DNA of 64,000 nt from a virus. Position 1 is the stretch's first letter; each line of letters starts with the position of its first letter. Under the pieces are notes generated by a model that was given only the letters and a program-made list of their open reading frames with translations, did no database searches and was not told the origin of the DNA. Location: positions 32,001 through 96,000 of the IMG/VR virus record IMGVR_UViG_3300005573_000055; one strand, written 5' to 3'. Both the position numbers and the translations under genes were made by a program. Of this stretch, positions 20,402 through 29,438 are shown one piece after another.

Positions 20402-20582
20402 AGTAATGTTCCGTAGTTTGACTGCGTCTGTTGGCTAATTCAGATATGGGCAAGTTTGAAAGTGATATATGTGATACTGACATGAGTGCAAATATCCATG
20501 TAAAGATGGAGTTGTCTTTATAGCCCGTAAATATATATTTTAACTCTGGGTTGTTGCCTGTAAGCCTGATTGCATTTGACAT
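20355..20582 (-). CDS. small ORF between the two dnaE halves
   Basis: 75 aa; overlaps both dnaE genes; GAGG upstream; may be spurious. Confidence 0.3.
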   Translation of the reverse strand: MSNAIRLTGNNPELKYIFTGYKDNSIFTWIFALMSVSHISLSNLPISELANRRSQTTEHYYGNTKRTLSKQQQTQ

Positions 20583-21880
20583 TGTTCAGCCTCATATATT
20601 TCATATGGATATTCTTTGAAGCTAATAACTGGTTTGGCAGCTCTGCCTTTATTTAGAAATCTTGCAAATGACAAATCGTAATCCAGTGGGTTGACATCTG
20701 TAATACCTAAGGCATATGAGATAAGACATCCAGCTGCGCTTCCACGTCCTGGCCCTACGAGGATTCCATTGCTTTTGGCCCACAAGACATAATCTTGCAC
20801 TATCAAAAAGTATCCAGCATATCCAGTCTGCTCAATTGTCTTAAGCTCCATCTCGATGCGATCATATATCTTCTTGTCTATGCTCTTGCCAAACCTTCTT
20901 CGCAAACCTTCAAAGACCAGCTTACGTAAAACAACATCCTCCTTGTCGGAAGGATAAAGCTGCGGAAGCCTATTTTTGCCCATCTCTATATTGACATTAC
21001 AACGTTCGGCTATTTCAAGAGTGTTATCTATGGCTTCCTTAAAACCCGAAAATCTTTCGAGCATATCTTTATAGCTGTATAAATGATATCCATTGCCTGG
21101 ATATTTAATGTTTTGCATTTTTGGATCACTAAGTGTAATATTATCTCTTATAGCAAGCATGATATCGTGGGCCAGCACATCTTCTTTTTCGATGAAATGA
21201 GTATCTGATGTAGCTACCAGCTTAATACCATACTTCTTTGCCAAAGAAGGAAGACTATCAAGAAGTATTGAGTCTTCTATCGTATTGTGATTTTGAATTT
21301 CAATGTAAAAACGATCACCAAAGATTTTCTTATGCCACGAGATAATCTCTTCTGGATCTTCCAAGACATTTTCCTGATGATTGCATTCTATATTGCTAAA
21401 ATCCCCATCCTGGTTGAAACTTTTCTCAATGCCATGCTTCTTTAAAATAGCCGAAGCCAAAGCACCACCTGCACAGCCAGAAAGACATATTAAGCCTTCG
21501 TTATACATTCTGAGAAGTTCACGATCTATTCTGGGCTTGTAATAAAAATGGTCTTTGTTGTAGCTTAAACTTACAAGCTTAATCAAATTACGCCAGCCTT
21601 GGTTATTCATAGCAAGCAGTGTAATATGTGTATATTTGTCTACACCTGGCTGTTTGTCAAACCTCGAACGAGTTGCCATATAGGCCTCTACGCCAGCAAT
21701 AGGTTTAATACCATACTCCTTGGCATATTTAAATAATGATATAACACCGCCAAGTGTTCCATGATCTGTAAGAGCTATTGCTGGAAGACCATAGGCTTTT
21801 GTTTTATCCATAAGCTCATCTATCTTGCAAATACCGTCTCTTATAGAAAATATCGAGTGCAGATGAAGCGGGGCATACAT
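20540..21880 (-). CDS. dnaE: DNA polymerase III alpha subunit, N-terminal PHP part
   Basis: HLHSIFS, ALTDHG, GVEAY, KPRID, SDTH, GPGRGSAAG and FARFLN motifs. Confidence 0.95.
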   Translation of the reverse strand: MYAPLHLHSIFSIRDGICKIDELMDKTKAYGLPAIALTDHGTLGGVISLFKYAKEYGIKPIAGVEAYMATRSRFDKQPGVDKYTHITLLAMNNQGWRNLIKLVSLSYNKDHFYYKPRIDRELLRMYNEGLICLSGCAGGALASAILKKHGIEKSFNQDGDFSNIECNHQENVLEDPEEIISWHKKIFGDRFYIEIQNHNTIEDSILLDSLPSLAKKYGIKLVATSDTHFIEKEDVLAHDIMLAIRDNITLSDPKMQNIKYPGNGYHLYSYKDMLERFSGFKEAIDNTLEIAERCNVNIEMGKNRLPQLYPSDKEDVVLRKLVFEGLRRRFGKSIDKKIYDRIEMELKTIEQTGYAGYFLIVQDYVLWAKSNGILVGPGRGSAAGCLISYALGITDVNPLDYDLSFARFLNKGRAAKPVISFKEYPYEIYEAEQCQMQSGLQATTQS

Positions 21881-21907
21881 TGCAGGTTCTCCTTATGTTG
21901 AAGATGT

Positions 21908-22342
21908 TCAAGAATACTCTAATGCATATCGACCATTTTTAATTGAAACTGATGCAGCATTATGATCGATAATGATCAGTATATACTTTATCTCATTGAC
22001 ATTAACAACCAATCCATAGTCCATAGCAGTATCGCCAAGCTCGCCTTTGACATATATTTTACCTATAAGGCGGTTAATGCTGCCTAAGCGTTTTCTTAAT
22101 TTCCTAAAGAAAGTAAACCTTCCGATAGTAAGCTTTTTGTATAATGACCATTTATGAAATGGCACAACACGGATAGTATTGACATTGCCTTTGCCCAAAT
22201 TCATAACATCGTCTTTTGAGATAAAGCATAACGAAAGTTCATTTGCTTTATTGGCTATAATGCAAAGAAGCAGTTGCTCGAGTGAACTTTCAGAGTCTTT
22301 GTTCTCTATGTCTTCAGAGTCGAGTAATTCATCAAATGTCAT
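21908..22342 (-). CDS. hypothetical protein
   Basis: 144 aa ORF with ATGA overlap. Confidence 0.5.
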   Translation of the reverse strand: MTFDELLDSEDIENKDSESSLEQLLLCIIANKANELSLCFISKDDVMNLGKGNVNTIRVVPFHKWSLYKKLTIGRFTFFRKLRKRLGSINRLIGKIYVKGELGDTAMDYGLVVNVNEIKYILIIIDHNAASVSIKNGRYALEYS

Positions 22343-22974
22343 TTTAGTTCTCCTTGAATGCTTGTGTGTAACATGTTGCTGTAGAGGATCTTTAGTTTTT
22401 TAAGTACTTTGAGAGTGCCTGTTTTTGAACTTTGAAGTTCAATACCTGCATAAGTTATATCGTCTTCTACTGTATAGAAAGAATTACCATGCAGCAAATC
22501 TTCGTCAAAATCTGAACGGTCCAGTTCTGTGTGATATTTATAAAGCAGAATGGAATGCAGAACCCTAAAACTTGTTGCAAGAACGACTTTTGGCTTGATG
22601 ATATCTATATATCCATCAAAGATCCACATTATTTGTGGAATGATATGTTCAGCAAAGAAGTCCGATGAAGTTACATGAAATGGGCACAACGCACAGCAGA
22701 AACTGTCTTCTCTTATATCAATACCGAGCTTATTTTTGAAGTAATATCTGTTGTTCTCAAAGAGATATCCTACATGTTCTTTATTGCGTTTTGCCCAAAA
22801 AATCTCTTCACTTGAAGGCGAGAACTTTACTATCATCAGCTTTGAGTTTGGATTACCATTATACAAAATAAAATGCTTATCTGTCAGTTTAATTGGCCCA
22901 TCGTTGTCTATATCACTATATATATCTTTAATTGCAGGTATTAGAGACTCTAAAGCTTCGAATTTGTTATGCAT
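22339..22974 (-). CDS. uracil-DNA glycosylase (family 4)-like protein, degenerate
   Basis: GNPNSKLMIV...P..EE and IDIIKPKVVL resemble family-4 UDG; the GEAPG motif reads KFSPS. Confidence 0.55.
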   Translation of the reverse strand: MHNKFEALESLIPAIKDIYSDIDNDGPIKLTDKHFILYNGNPNSKLMIVKFSPSSEEIFWAKRNKEHVGYLFENNRYYFKNKLGIDIREDSFCCALCPFHVTSSDFFAEHIIPQIMWIFDGYIDIIKPKVVLATSFRVLHSILLYKYHTELDRSDFDEDLLHGNSFYTVEDDITYAGIELQSSKTGTLKVLKKLKILYSNMLHTSIQGELK

Positions 22975-22987
22975 GGTATGTCTCCTC

Positions 22988-23025
22988 AAATTAAAAGGAT
23001 AGCCACCATCAAAGATGACTATCCT
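22988..23025 (-). terminator. intrinsic terminator after recA
   Basis: AGGATAG...CTATCCT stem (22996-23025) followed by a T-rich tract on the - strand. Confidence 0.6.
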
Positions 23026-23066
23026 ACCTCAGAGTGTGTGTGTGTGTGATTTGCACTGGTCTTTTG

Positions 23067-24140
23067 CTATTCTGCCTGTGATAGTGCTTGTGTGGTTAGT
23101 TCTTCAGTGCAAAATACTTTTTCTACTTCAGATTCTATAGCTTGTAAGAGTTCTGGCTTCTCTTTCAGAGTCAATCGGCAGTTCTCCAAGCCTTGACCTA
23201 TTTTCTCATCGCCAAAAGAAAGCCAACTACCGGATTTCTTAACTATATCTGCCTGTATAGCCAAGTTGAGAATATCCATCTCTCTTGAAAAACCTTCTCC
23301 CGGGTAGAGAAATAGATTAGCAAAGAGATAAGGCTTAGCAGTTTTATTCTTTGTTGCTGTAACACGTACTTCTTCGCCGATATACTGATCACCACGTTGG
23401 ATCTTACCGCCTTTTGTCTTAGAAAGCTCTAAAGCTACATGAGCATAAAACTTCATAGCATTGCCGCCTGTAAAAGTCTTAGAACCAACCATTGAAGCCA
23501 GATTAGCTCTCAGCTGGTTGATGTAGATAATGGATATTCTGTTTTTTCTTGCAAGAGCAGTTACCTTACTGAAATGCCCCGACAATAGCCTTGCAACGCT
23601 TGCTATGCCGGGACTTTCTTCAGCATATTTATCCTGCTGATCTACTGTCGATAAAGCGGCTACCGAGTCTAAAACTATCAGGTTAACAGAGTTGTTTTCT
23701 ACCAGCGCCTGAATGATATTTAACGCCTCTTCGGCGGATTCTGGTACACTGACAGTGAAACTCTTATCTTTACAATCTACCTTAATACCATAAGCTTTTT
23801 CTACATATGCGCTATCAAAAGAACCTTCTCGATCAATCCAGTGGACAGCACCTCCTGCTTTAAGCACGTGAGATGCTATTACATAAGCTAAAGCTGATTT
23901 TCCAAGAGATTCATATCCATATAGATTTACTATACAGCCAAGTGGAAAACCTGCTTTTTCGCCGTAGTGATATCCAGATAGCACAAAGTTCAAGGAAGGA
24001 AGACTTAGCTTTAGGCGTTCTGTCTTTAAAAGACCATCTTGAGGATCGATAAAGATATTCTTTCTTTTGTAATAAGCAGCAAGAGAAGCCTCAGCTAAAT
24101 CTATCTTCTTTGGATCAAAAGTTAATTTCTTCTCTTCCAT
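23067..24140 (-). CDS. recA: RecA recombinase
   Basis: GYESLGKS Walker A, IVLDSVAAL, INQLR, TGGNAMKFYA, KNKTAKPY and KKSGSWLS motifs; ATG at 24140 with AGGAG RBS. Confidence 0.95.
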   Translation of the reverse strand: MEEKKLTFDPKKIDLAEASLAAYYKRKNIFIDPQDGLLKTERLKLSLPSLNFVLSGYHYGEKAGFPLGCIVNLYGYESLGKSALAYVIASHVLKAGGAVHWIDREGSFDSAYVEKAYGIKVDCKDKSFTVSVPESAEEALNIIQALVENNSVNLIVLDSVAALSTVDQQDKYAEESPGIASVARLLSGHFSKVTALARKNRISIIYINQLRANLASMVGSKTFTGGNAMKFYAHVALELSKTKGGKIQRGDQYIGEEVRVTATKNKTAKPYLFANLFLYPGEGFSREMDILNLAIQADIVKKSGSWLSFGDEKIGQGLENCRLTLKEKPELLQAIESEVEKVFCTEELTTQALSQAE

Positions 24141-24231
24141 GTATATACTCCTAAAATGTGCGCTCGTGTGTGTGTTAAAAAATCCCCCTTGTTTTTTTAT
24201 ATATAAATAACTATCAATATGTTTTAACAAT

Positions 24232-24273
24232 TAAAAAAAAATAAAATGTGGTGTAAGATTGCTCCTACACCAC
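24232..24273 (-). terminator. intrinsic terminator closing the structured RNA
   Basis: GTGGTGTA/TACACCAC stem (24248-24273) followed by ATTTTATTTTTTTTT on the - strand. Confidence 0.75.
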
Positions 24274-25084
24274 TCTGAGGATGACCACCACACACACCTC
24301 ACAAGGCAGACTTTTCAAGAAATAGCTAGTAGTTATGCAGCCTTTGGTGTTATGATGGTTCTGTACTCATACTTTGACAAACTCTAGTGAGACCTACACT
24401 AGAGGTGCTCGGACCTCATGTCGCCCCTTGAAGGCCCATCGTTACACCAGGTCCATCGAGAGCTAAACAATGTTTAGCTCTCAGGTCTCAAAGACTAGAC
24501 TTTCGTCTAGCTATAAACTTTAATAAACTGATTTTTTTTCTATAAATAGTAATATTTCGTAATAAGCTAACTCTAGATTGATCCTATGAAATGGATTTTA
24601 TCCAGAGCTAGCTTTACGAAATATTACTTGTCTTTAAAACTTTGGCATATAGGTGGTATTAACAATTGTCTTTATACAATACAATGTACCATTACAATGT
24701 ATTAAACACTTGTGAACAATAAGTGCCAGAAGAGAAATTCTGTTTAAGAACAAACCACCTGTTTCAAAACATAGCCTTCCGACTATGTTTAACTCACAGA
24801 TTGATTAAAACTTTAGGCTCGGAGAGCCTTAAGCCTTCAAGCATGTTGTGCTACAAAGTAATACAACTCGAAGATAAAGCTTGTCTTTCGACAAGTAAAG
24901 CTAAAACTAAAACTTTGGTTCGGTCAACCGAACCAAAGCCCATTCGCCGATCCGGCTGAGTTGGGCTTCTCACGCGTAACAATAACAACGTTTTGTTACG
25001 CGATATACATAGACCTTATCTTTCGATAAGCCAAAACTTCATATTAGCAAAGAGAAGAACTTTGCCTTAAACCTTATCCACACA
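24235..25084 (-). ncRNA. candidate large (~0.85 kb) highly structured non-coding RNA
   Basis: more than a dozen stem-loops, three C(GAAA)G tetraloops and G-U pairs on the - strand; bounded by a promoter-like motif (25085-25102) and a terminator; no credible ORF. Confidence 0.6.
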
Positions 25085-25102
25085 AAAACCTTTTCTTCTA
25101 CT
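25085..25102 (-). promoter_or_regulatory. conserved promoter-like motif, copy 3 (one mismatch)
   Basis: - strand AGTAGAAGAAAAGGTTTT matches the copies at 38006 and 49711 at 17/18 positions. Confidence 0.5.
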
Positions 25103-25159
25103 TATCGAAGTCGTCACTAAAGTCAGCATATCAATATAGTCCTTCGATAAGCACCAAAG

Positions 25160-25396
25160 ATATGATTTAGCTAAAAGCATATCTAGATAGATAATCTATA
25201 TAGCTAATAGCTATCATCAAAGATTATCTAATCTAGATATGCTTAGCTATATTGATATCCATATCATATAGATATGTATAGCAAGTATATCATCTAGTAT
25301 AGATATGCTATATCCCATGTGGATCTATCTAGCTATATGATATCTATATAGATAGTCTATCTATGATATGCTTATCTATATAGATATATATATCTA
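25160..25396. repeat. AT-rich low-complexity palindromic tract (TAGAT/ATCTA/GATAT words)
   Basis: long imperfect inverted repeat 25176-25243 and several nested palindromes such as TATCTATATAGATA. Confidence 0.65.
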
Positions 25397-25405
25397 GGAA
25401 ATCTC

Positions 25406-28234
25406 TCATCCACAGCCTGTGGTTTCTCCGCATGTTGGACAGGTCATGCAAGAGCCACTTTGGATAAGCGGACCTCCACAGTTACGGCAGAATATACCTG
25501 TCTGCTTAGGAAGACTTGTCTGCTTTGATTGTTCGAGCTTTTGTTCTTCCGGCGTCAAAGGTATAGTTTGATCTTTGCCGTCAAGAAATGTTAGCTTTAA
25601 GTATTTAGCTATGTAGTCGATAATGCTGTATGCTATTCTAATATCAGGATTATCTGTAAATCCAGCTGGTTCAAATCTCGTATACATGAACTTGTCTATC
25701 AAATATTCCAAAGAAACACCATACTGTAAAGCTATTGAAAACATAGTAGCCCAACTGTCTGCAAATCCTGATATGGTTGAACCTTCTTTATTAACCTTAA
25801 TGAATACTTCACCTGGTTGACCATTTTCATAAAGACCAATTGTCATAAATCCATCTACACCATTAATAGTGAATTTATGTGTAATTGAAGGTCTTGTTGC
25901 TGGAAGTTTCTTTCTTACTGGCTTTGGTCTTCCATTTTGAAGAACAGCGTTGTCTTTATTTTCCAAAGAGGTAGTTACAGGCTGACTGCCTTTTGAACCA
26001 TCTCTGTATATTGCAATTGCTTTTAGCTGTTCTTTCCAGGCAAGCGTATATATATTCTTTACATCTTCAACGGTTGCTGAATTTGGCATATTAACCGTTT
26101 TAGATATTGCCCCAGAAATAAATGGCTGAACAGCTGCCATCATTTTTACGTGACTTACAGCATCAATAGTATTTGTTTTCGACAAAGCAGTAGCAAATAC
26201 CGATCGATGTTCTGGATTTATGGCTTCTATAAAAGCATCTTCTCCCCGGCTGTTAAGTATTTGATCTAAAGCTTCTATTTGTTCTGCACTATAACCTAAG
26301 ACTTGTAGAGCTTTTCTTACTGATGGAATTACAAGCTTTAATAGTCCCCCGCCAACAATTGTCTTGTAGGAAATGAGTGCTATAGGAGGTTCTATACCTG
26401 TTGTCTCGCAATCCATCATAAAACTAATTGTTCCAGTTGGAGCTATTACAGTTGTTTGTGCATTTCTGACAACAAAGTTGTTCTGCTCTAAAATCCTCCA
26501 TTGTTCTTCTACTTTTAATGCTAAATTCCAAAGCTCTTTGTTTTCGCTTTCTGCAAGACTGTAACGCTCTACAAGTTTATCAAAATGTTCTTTGTGTTTA
26601 AATAAAATGTTCTTTACATACTGAGCATTCTTTTCAAATTCCGGGAAAGATCCAAGTTTTGAAGCAAGGATAGAAGATTGAGCATATGCACCAATTGTCA
26701 TCAGCGCCGAAATAAGCGATGCGTATAGCCTTGCCTGTTCAGAACCATATGCCAGACCTTTTCTTAGAAGCAATGCTCCAAGATCTGTAAAACCAAGTCC
26801 AATGGTTCTGAATTTCTTTGTAGCTTCAGCAATTTCTGTTGTTGGATAGTATGCTCTGTCGATCCATATATCTAAAGCTGTTGAGACTAGGTGCACAGCT
26901 TTTGTAAAAGCTTCAGCATCAAAGTTATTATTTGCATCGAGAAATTCAGTAAGTTTAAGCGATCCTAAATTACAGCTTGTATTGTCTATAAACATATACT
27001 CGCTGCAAGGATTAGAACCGTTAATTCTATCACTTGCTGGACATGTATGCCATTTGTTTATTGTGGTGTCAAATTGCATTCCTGGATCGCCGCATGTCCA
27101 GGCGGATTTGCATATAATATCAAACAAGTAACGAGCTTTATACCCATTGATAATCTTAAAATATTTTCCTTGTGTTAATAGGTAGTTTTCATCATTGTAT
27201 TTTACAATTGTGCCTTGTGGTATAGTTTTTACAGACTGGGTTTCAGCTTGATTAATATCTCGCGGATATCGCTCAATTGTAACCCAAAGGTCATCAGCTT
27301 CCACTGCTCTCATAAATGCGTCTGTAACTCTTACAGACTGATTACTATTTTGGAAGAATACACTTCCGTAAGCCCCTTTTGGATCATCAAAACTTGATGA
27401 ATATCCATTGGCTATAAGCGTTAAGGCTTTCTTCTCTTCTTCAGATTTTTGAAGTATAAAGTCTTCTATATCGCCGTGGTCTACATTCAAAATACGCATC
27501 TGTGCAGCACGTCTTGTCTTACCGCCAGATTTAGTTACTCCAGCAGCTACATCTGCAACTTTCATAAATGAGCATGGACCACTTGAATATCCGCCGCCTG
27601 ATATTCTTTCTTTACTTGAACGTAAAGCACTATAGTTTATACCTGAACCTGAACCTGCTCTATAGATTTCCATTTCAGAGACAATGGATTTTTCTATAGA
27701 CTCCATTGTATCTTCTATGCCGATAATGAAGCAAGCAGATACTTGCGGCTTTGAGTATGGATTACCTATGTTAAACCATACTGGAGAATTAAAGCTGAAT
27801 GCTTGTTTATATATCAATCTTTTAAGTTCTTCAATGTATATTTGCAAATCTTCAGACAGTGTTTTATTCATGAAATCTTTGTATGATTTCATGTTTTTGC
27901 CATGAACTGTCTGAATAGTTTTAACCGATTTGGCTATTTGTTTATCTTCATCAGTGAAGTATCCATCTAAAGCTCCCCAGAGTGCATTGGTGTATATCAC
28001 TCTATTTACTAAAGACTTAAAAGACTGTTCTTCTTTTTGGTTATTAATTAACTTGCCGTAAAAGTATTTACTGGCAACTATGTTAACAGCTTGCTGACTA
28101 AAGTGTGCTGGAAATTCAACTCCTTCCTGGCGGAAATTAGAGCCCTCGATTTCCGCATTAAAGGTTTTCCAGAGAACACTATCGTCAGCAAGTGGAAAGT
28201 CTCGTGTAAAATATCTATCAAAGCGAATTCCCAT
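25406..28234 (-). CDS. nrdJ: class II (B12-dependent) ribonucleotide reductase
   Basis: FNSPVWFN, SACFI, GGKTRRAAQM, NPCSEY, IAPTGTIS and YRDGSK motifs; TSCPD domain and C-terminal Zn ribbon. Confidence 0.95.
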   Translation of the reverse strand: MGIRFDRYFTRDFPLADDSVLWKTFNAEIEGSNFRQEGVEFPAHFSQQAVNIVASKYFYGKLINNQKEEQSFKSLVNRVIYTNALWGALDGYFTDEDKQIAKSVKTIQTVHGKNMKSYKDFMNKTLSEDLQIYIEELKRLIYKQAFSFNSPVWFNIGNPYSKPQVSACFIIGIEDTMESIEKSIVSEMEIYRAGSGSGINYSALRSSKERISGGGYSSGPCSFMKVADVAAGVTKSGGKTRRAAQMRILNVDHGDIEDFILQKSEEEKKALTLIANGYSSSFDDPKGAYGSVFFQNSNQSVRVTDAFMRAVEADDLWVTIERYPRDINQAETQSVKTIPQGTIVKYNDENYLLTQGKYFKIINGYKARYLFDIICKSAWTCGDPGMQFDTTINKWHTCPASDRINGSNPCSEYMFIDNTSCNLGSLKLTEFLDANNNFDAEAFTKAVHLVSTALDIWIDRAYYPTTEIAEATKKFRTIGLGFTDLGALLLRKGLAYGSEQARLYASLISALMTIGAYAQSSILASKLGSFPEFEKNAQYVKNILFKHKEHFDKLVERYSLAESENKELWNLALKVEEQWRILEQNNFVVRNAQTTVIAPTGTISFMMDCETTGIEPPIALISYKTIVGGGLLKLVIPSVRKALQVLGYSAEQIEALDQILNSRGEDAFIEAINPEHRSVFATALSKTNTIDAVSHVKMMAAVQPFISGAISKTVNMPNSATVEDVKNIYTLAWKEQLKAIAIYRDGSKGSQPVTTSLENKDNAVLQNGRPKPVRKKLPATRPSITHKFTINGVDGFMTIGLYENGQPGEVFIKVNKEGSTISGFADSWATMFSIALQYGVSLEYLIDKFMYTRFEPAGFTDNPDIRIAYSIIDYIAKYLKLTFLDGKDQTIPLTPEEQKLEQSKQTSLPKQTGIFCRNCGGPLIQSGSCMTCPTCGETTGCG

Positions 28235-28254
28235 ATGACTCCCTTGTTTGGTTA

Positions 28255-28827
28255 TTATTCAACGGTTATTCCGGTGCCTAAGATTTTAAGTTCTGTATTA
28301 AGGCTGTATGTGATGGTAATTACAGTACTGAGCTTTGTCTTTAGAGCTTTAACTATATCTGACCAGAAGGTAAATAGAAGCTCTAAAGCTTTTTTTGTAA
28401 CAGACTTCTCGATGGCGGCCATTTTTGAATATACTTCCGCGAAGTAGAGTGATCCCTTATTAGAAATTGCTTCTACCTTGTGATTATGCATTTCAGTTGT
28501 TTCTTCAAGTTCGACTGCACGCATGTTAAATCTGATAAAGGATTCAATTTGAGAAGCTTCATCCAGCCTTCTCTGTATTAGCACAAGGTATTCTCTCGCA
28601 AGATTGATTGTATCAATTTGCGGAACTACAATGTCAAAGTATTTTTGCCATTCATCCAATGTCTTATTGTTAATTCTGATATCTGGATAACCTTTATTGA
28701 ACATCTCAGAGATCTGGCTGATAATACTATCAACGCTTATCTCTGAAATTTGCTCTTTCATCCTATCAGAATTAAGCAGCTGACTGGATTTAGATTTTCT
28801 TGGTTGTTTATTTTCCATATTAATCAC
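28255..28827 (-). CDS. hypothetical helical protein
   Basis: 190 aa ORF within the operon. Confidence 0.5.
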   Translation of the reverse strand: MINMENKQPRKSKSSQLLNSDRMKEQISEISVDSIISQISEMFNKGYPDIRINNKTLDEWQKYFDIVVPQIDTINLAREYLVLIQRRLDEASQIESFIRFNMRAVELEETTEMHNHKVEAISNKGSLYFAEVYSKMAAIEKSVTKKALELLFTFWSDIVKALKTKLSTVITITYSLNTELKILGTGITVE

Positions 28828-29431
28828 TCTTAATTTCTATTGAAGATAAACCAAACATCCATTTAATTAGTATTGCCATGATAAAATCACTATAGGTAAT
28901 AGACGGTTTAAGTAAGCTGTAAGGCTTATCATTAGGTCTAATTTCTACCAGCAAATTATCATCCTTGTAGACGTGGTACGTTTTACCATTTTTATCCTTG
29001 TTGATTATATATTCTACGAGCTTTTTAATGTCTGCATCTTCAAATTTGTTTAATATTTCAGTGTCGAATGTTTTTTCTTGAAGGATTGATAATTGCTTGA
29101 ATATTTCAAGTATATCATCTTGGCTTAAAGTATTTTGCGGTCTGCTGATAAGCATTACTCTTTCACGAGTATCTTGAAGTTCTTGAGGCGAAAAACCAAA
29201 CAGCTTTTCAAAGTTTTCTTCAAAGGCTGTTTTAGATTTGGCTTTGGTGAATATACAGACTATGTCGTATTTTAAGTCAAGAGGGCTGAAGTTTTCTTTG
29301 TTGGTTTCATCAAGTTTTGAGATATCAATAAACTCATAGACAACCTTAAGATATTTAAGCATATTTTGCAAAAGCAAGATATCACTTCGGCCCATCTTGT
29401 GATGGTAAAGTCTTACCATATTGTTCCTCAC
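28820..29431 (-). CDS. hypothetical protein
   Basis: 203 aa ORF within the operon. Confidence 0.5.
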   Translation of the reverse strand: MRNNMVRLYHHKMGRSDILLLQNMLKYLKVVYEFIDISKLDETNKENFSPLDLKYDIVCIFTKAKSKTAFEENFEKLFGFSPQELQDTRERVMLISRPQNTLSQDDILEIFKQLSILQEKTFDTEILNKFEDADIKKLVEYIINKDKNGKTYHVYKDDNLLVEIRPNDKPYSLLKPSITYSDFIMAILIKWMFGLSSIEIKSD

Positions 29432-29438
29432 TATTTAA

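Noticed and set aside
20355-20660. Split intein or group I intron joining the dnaE halves
   Set aside because: No intein N-terminal C/S block or C-terminal HN motif, and no recognisable intron core. The C-part has its own N-terminal extension.
24723-24959. 78 aa + strand ORF in the structured region
   Set aside because: GTG start without an RBS, opposite to the local gene orientation, and better explained as hairpin sequence.
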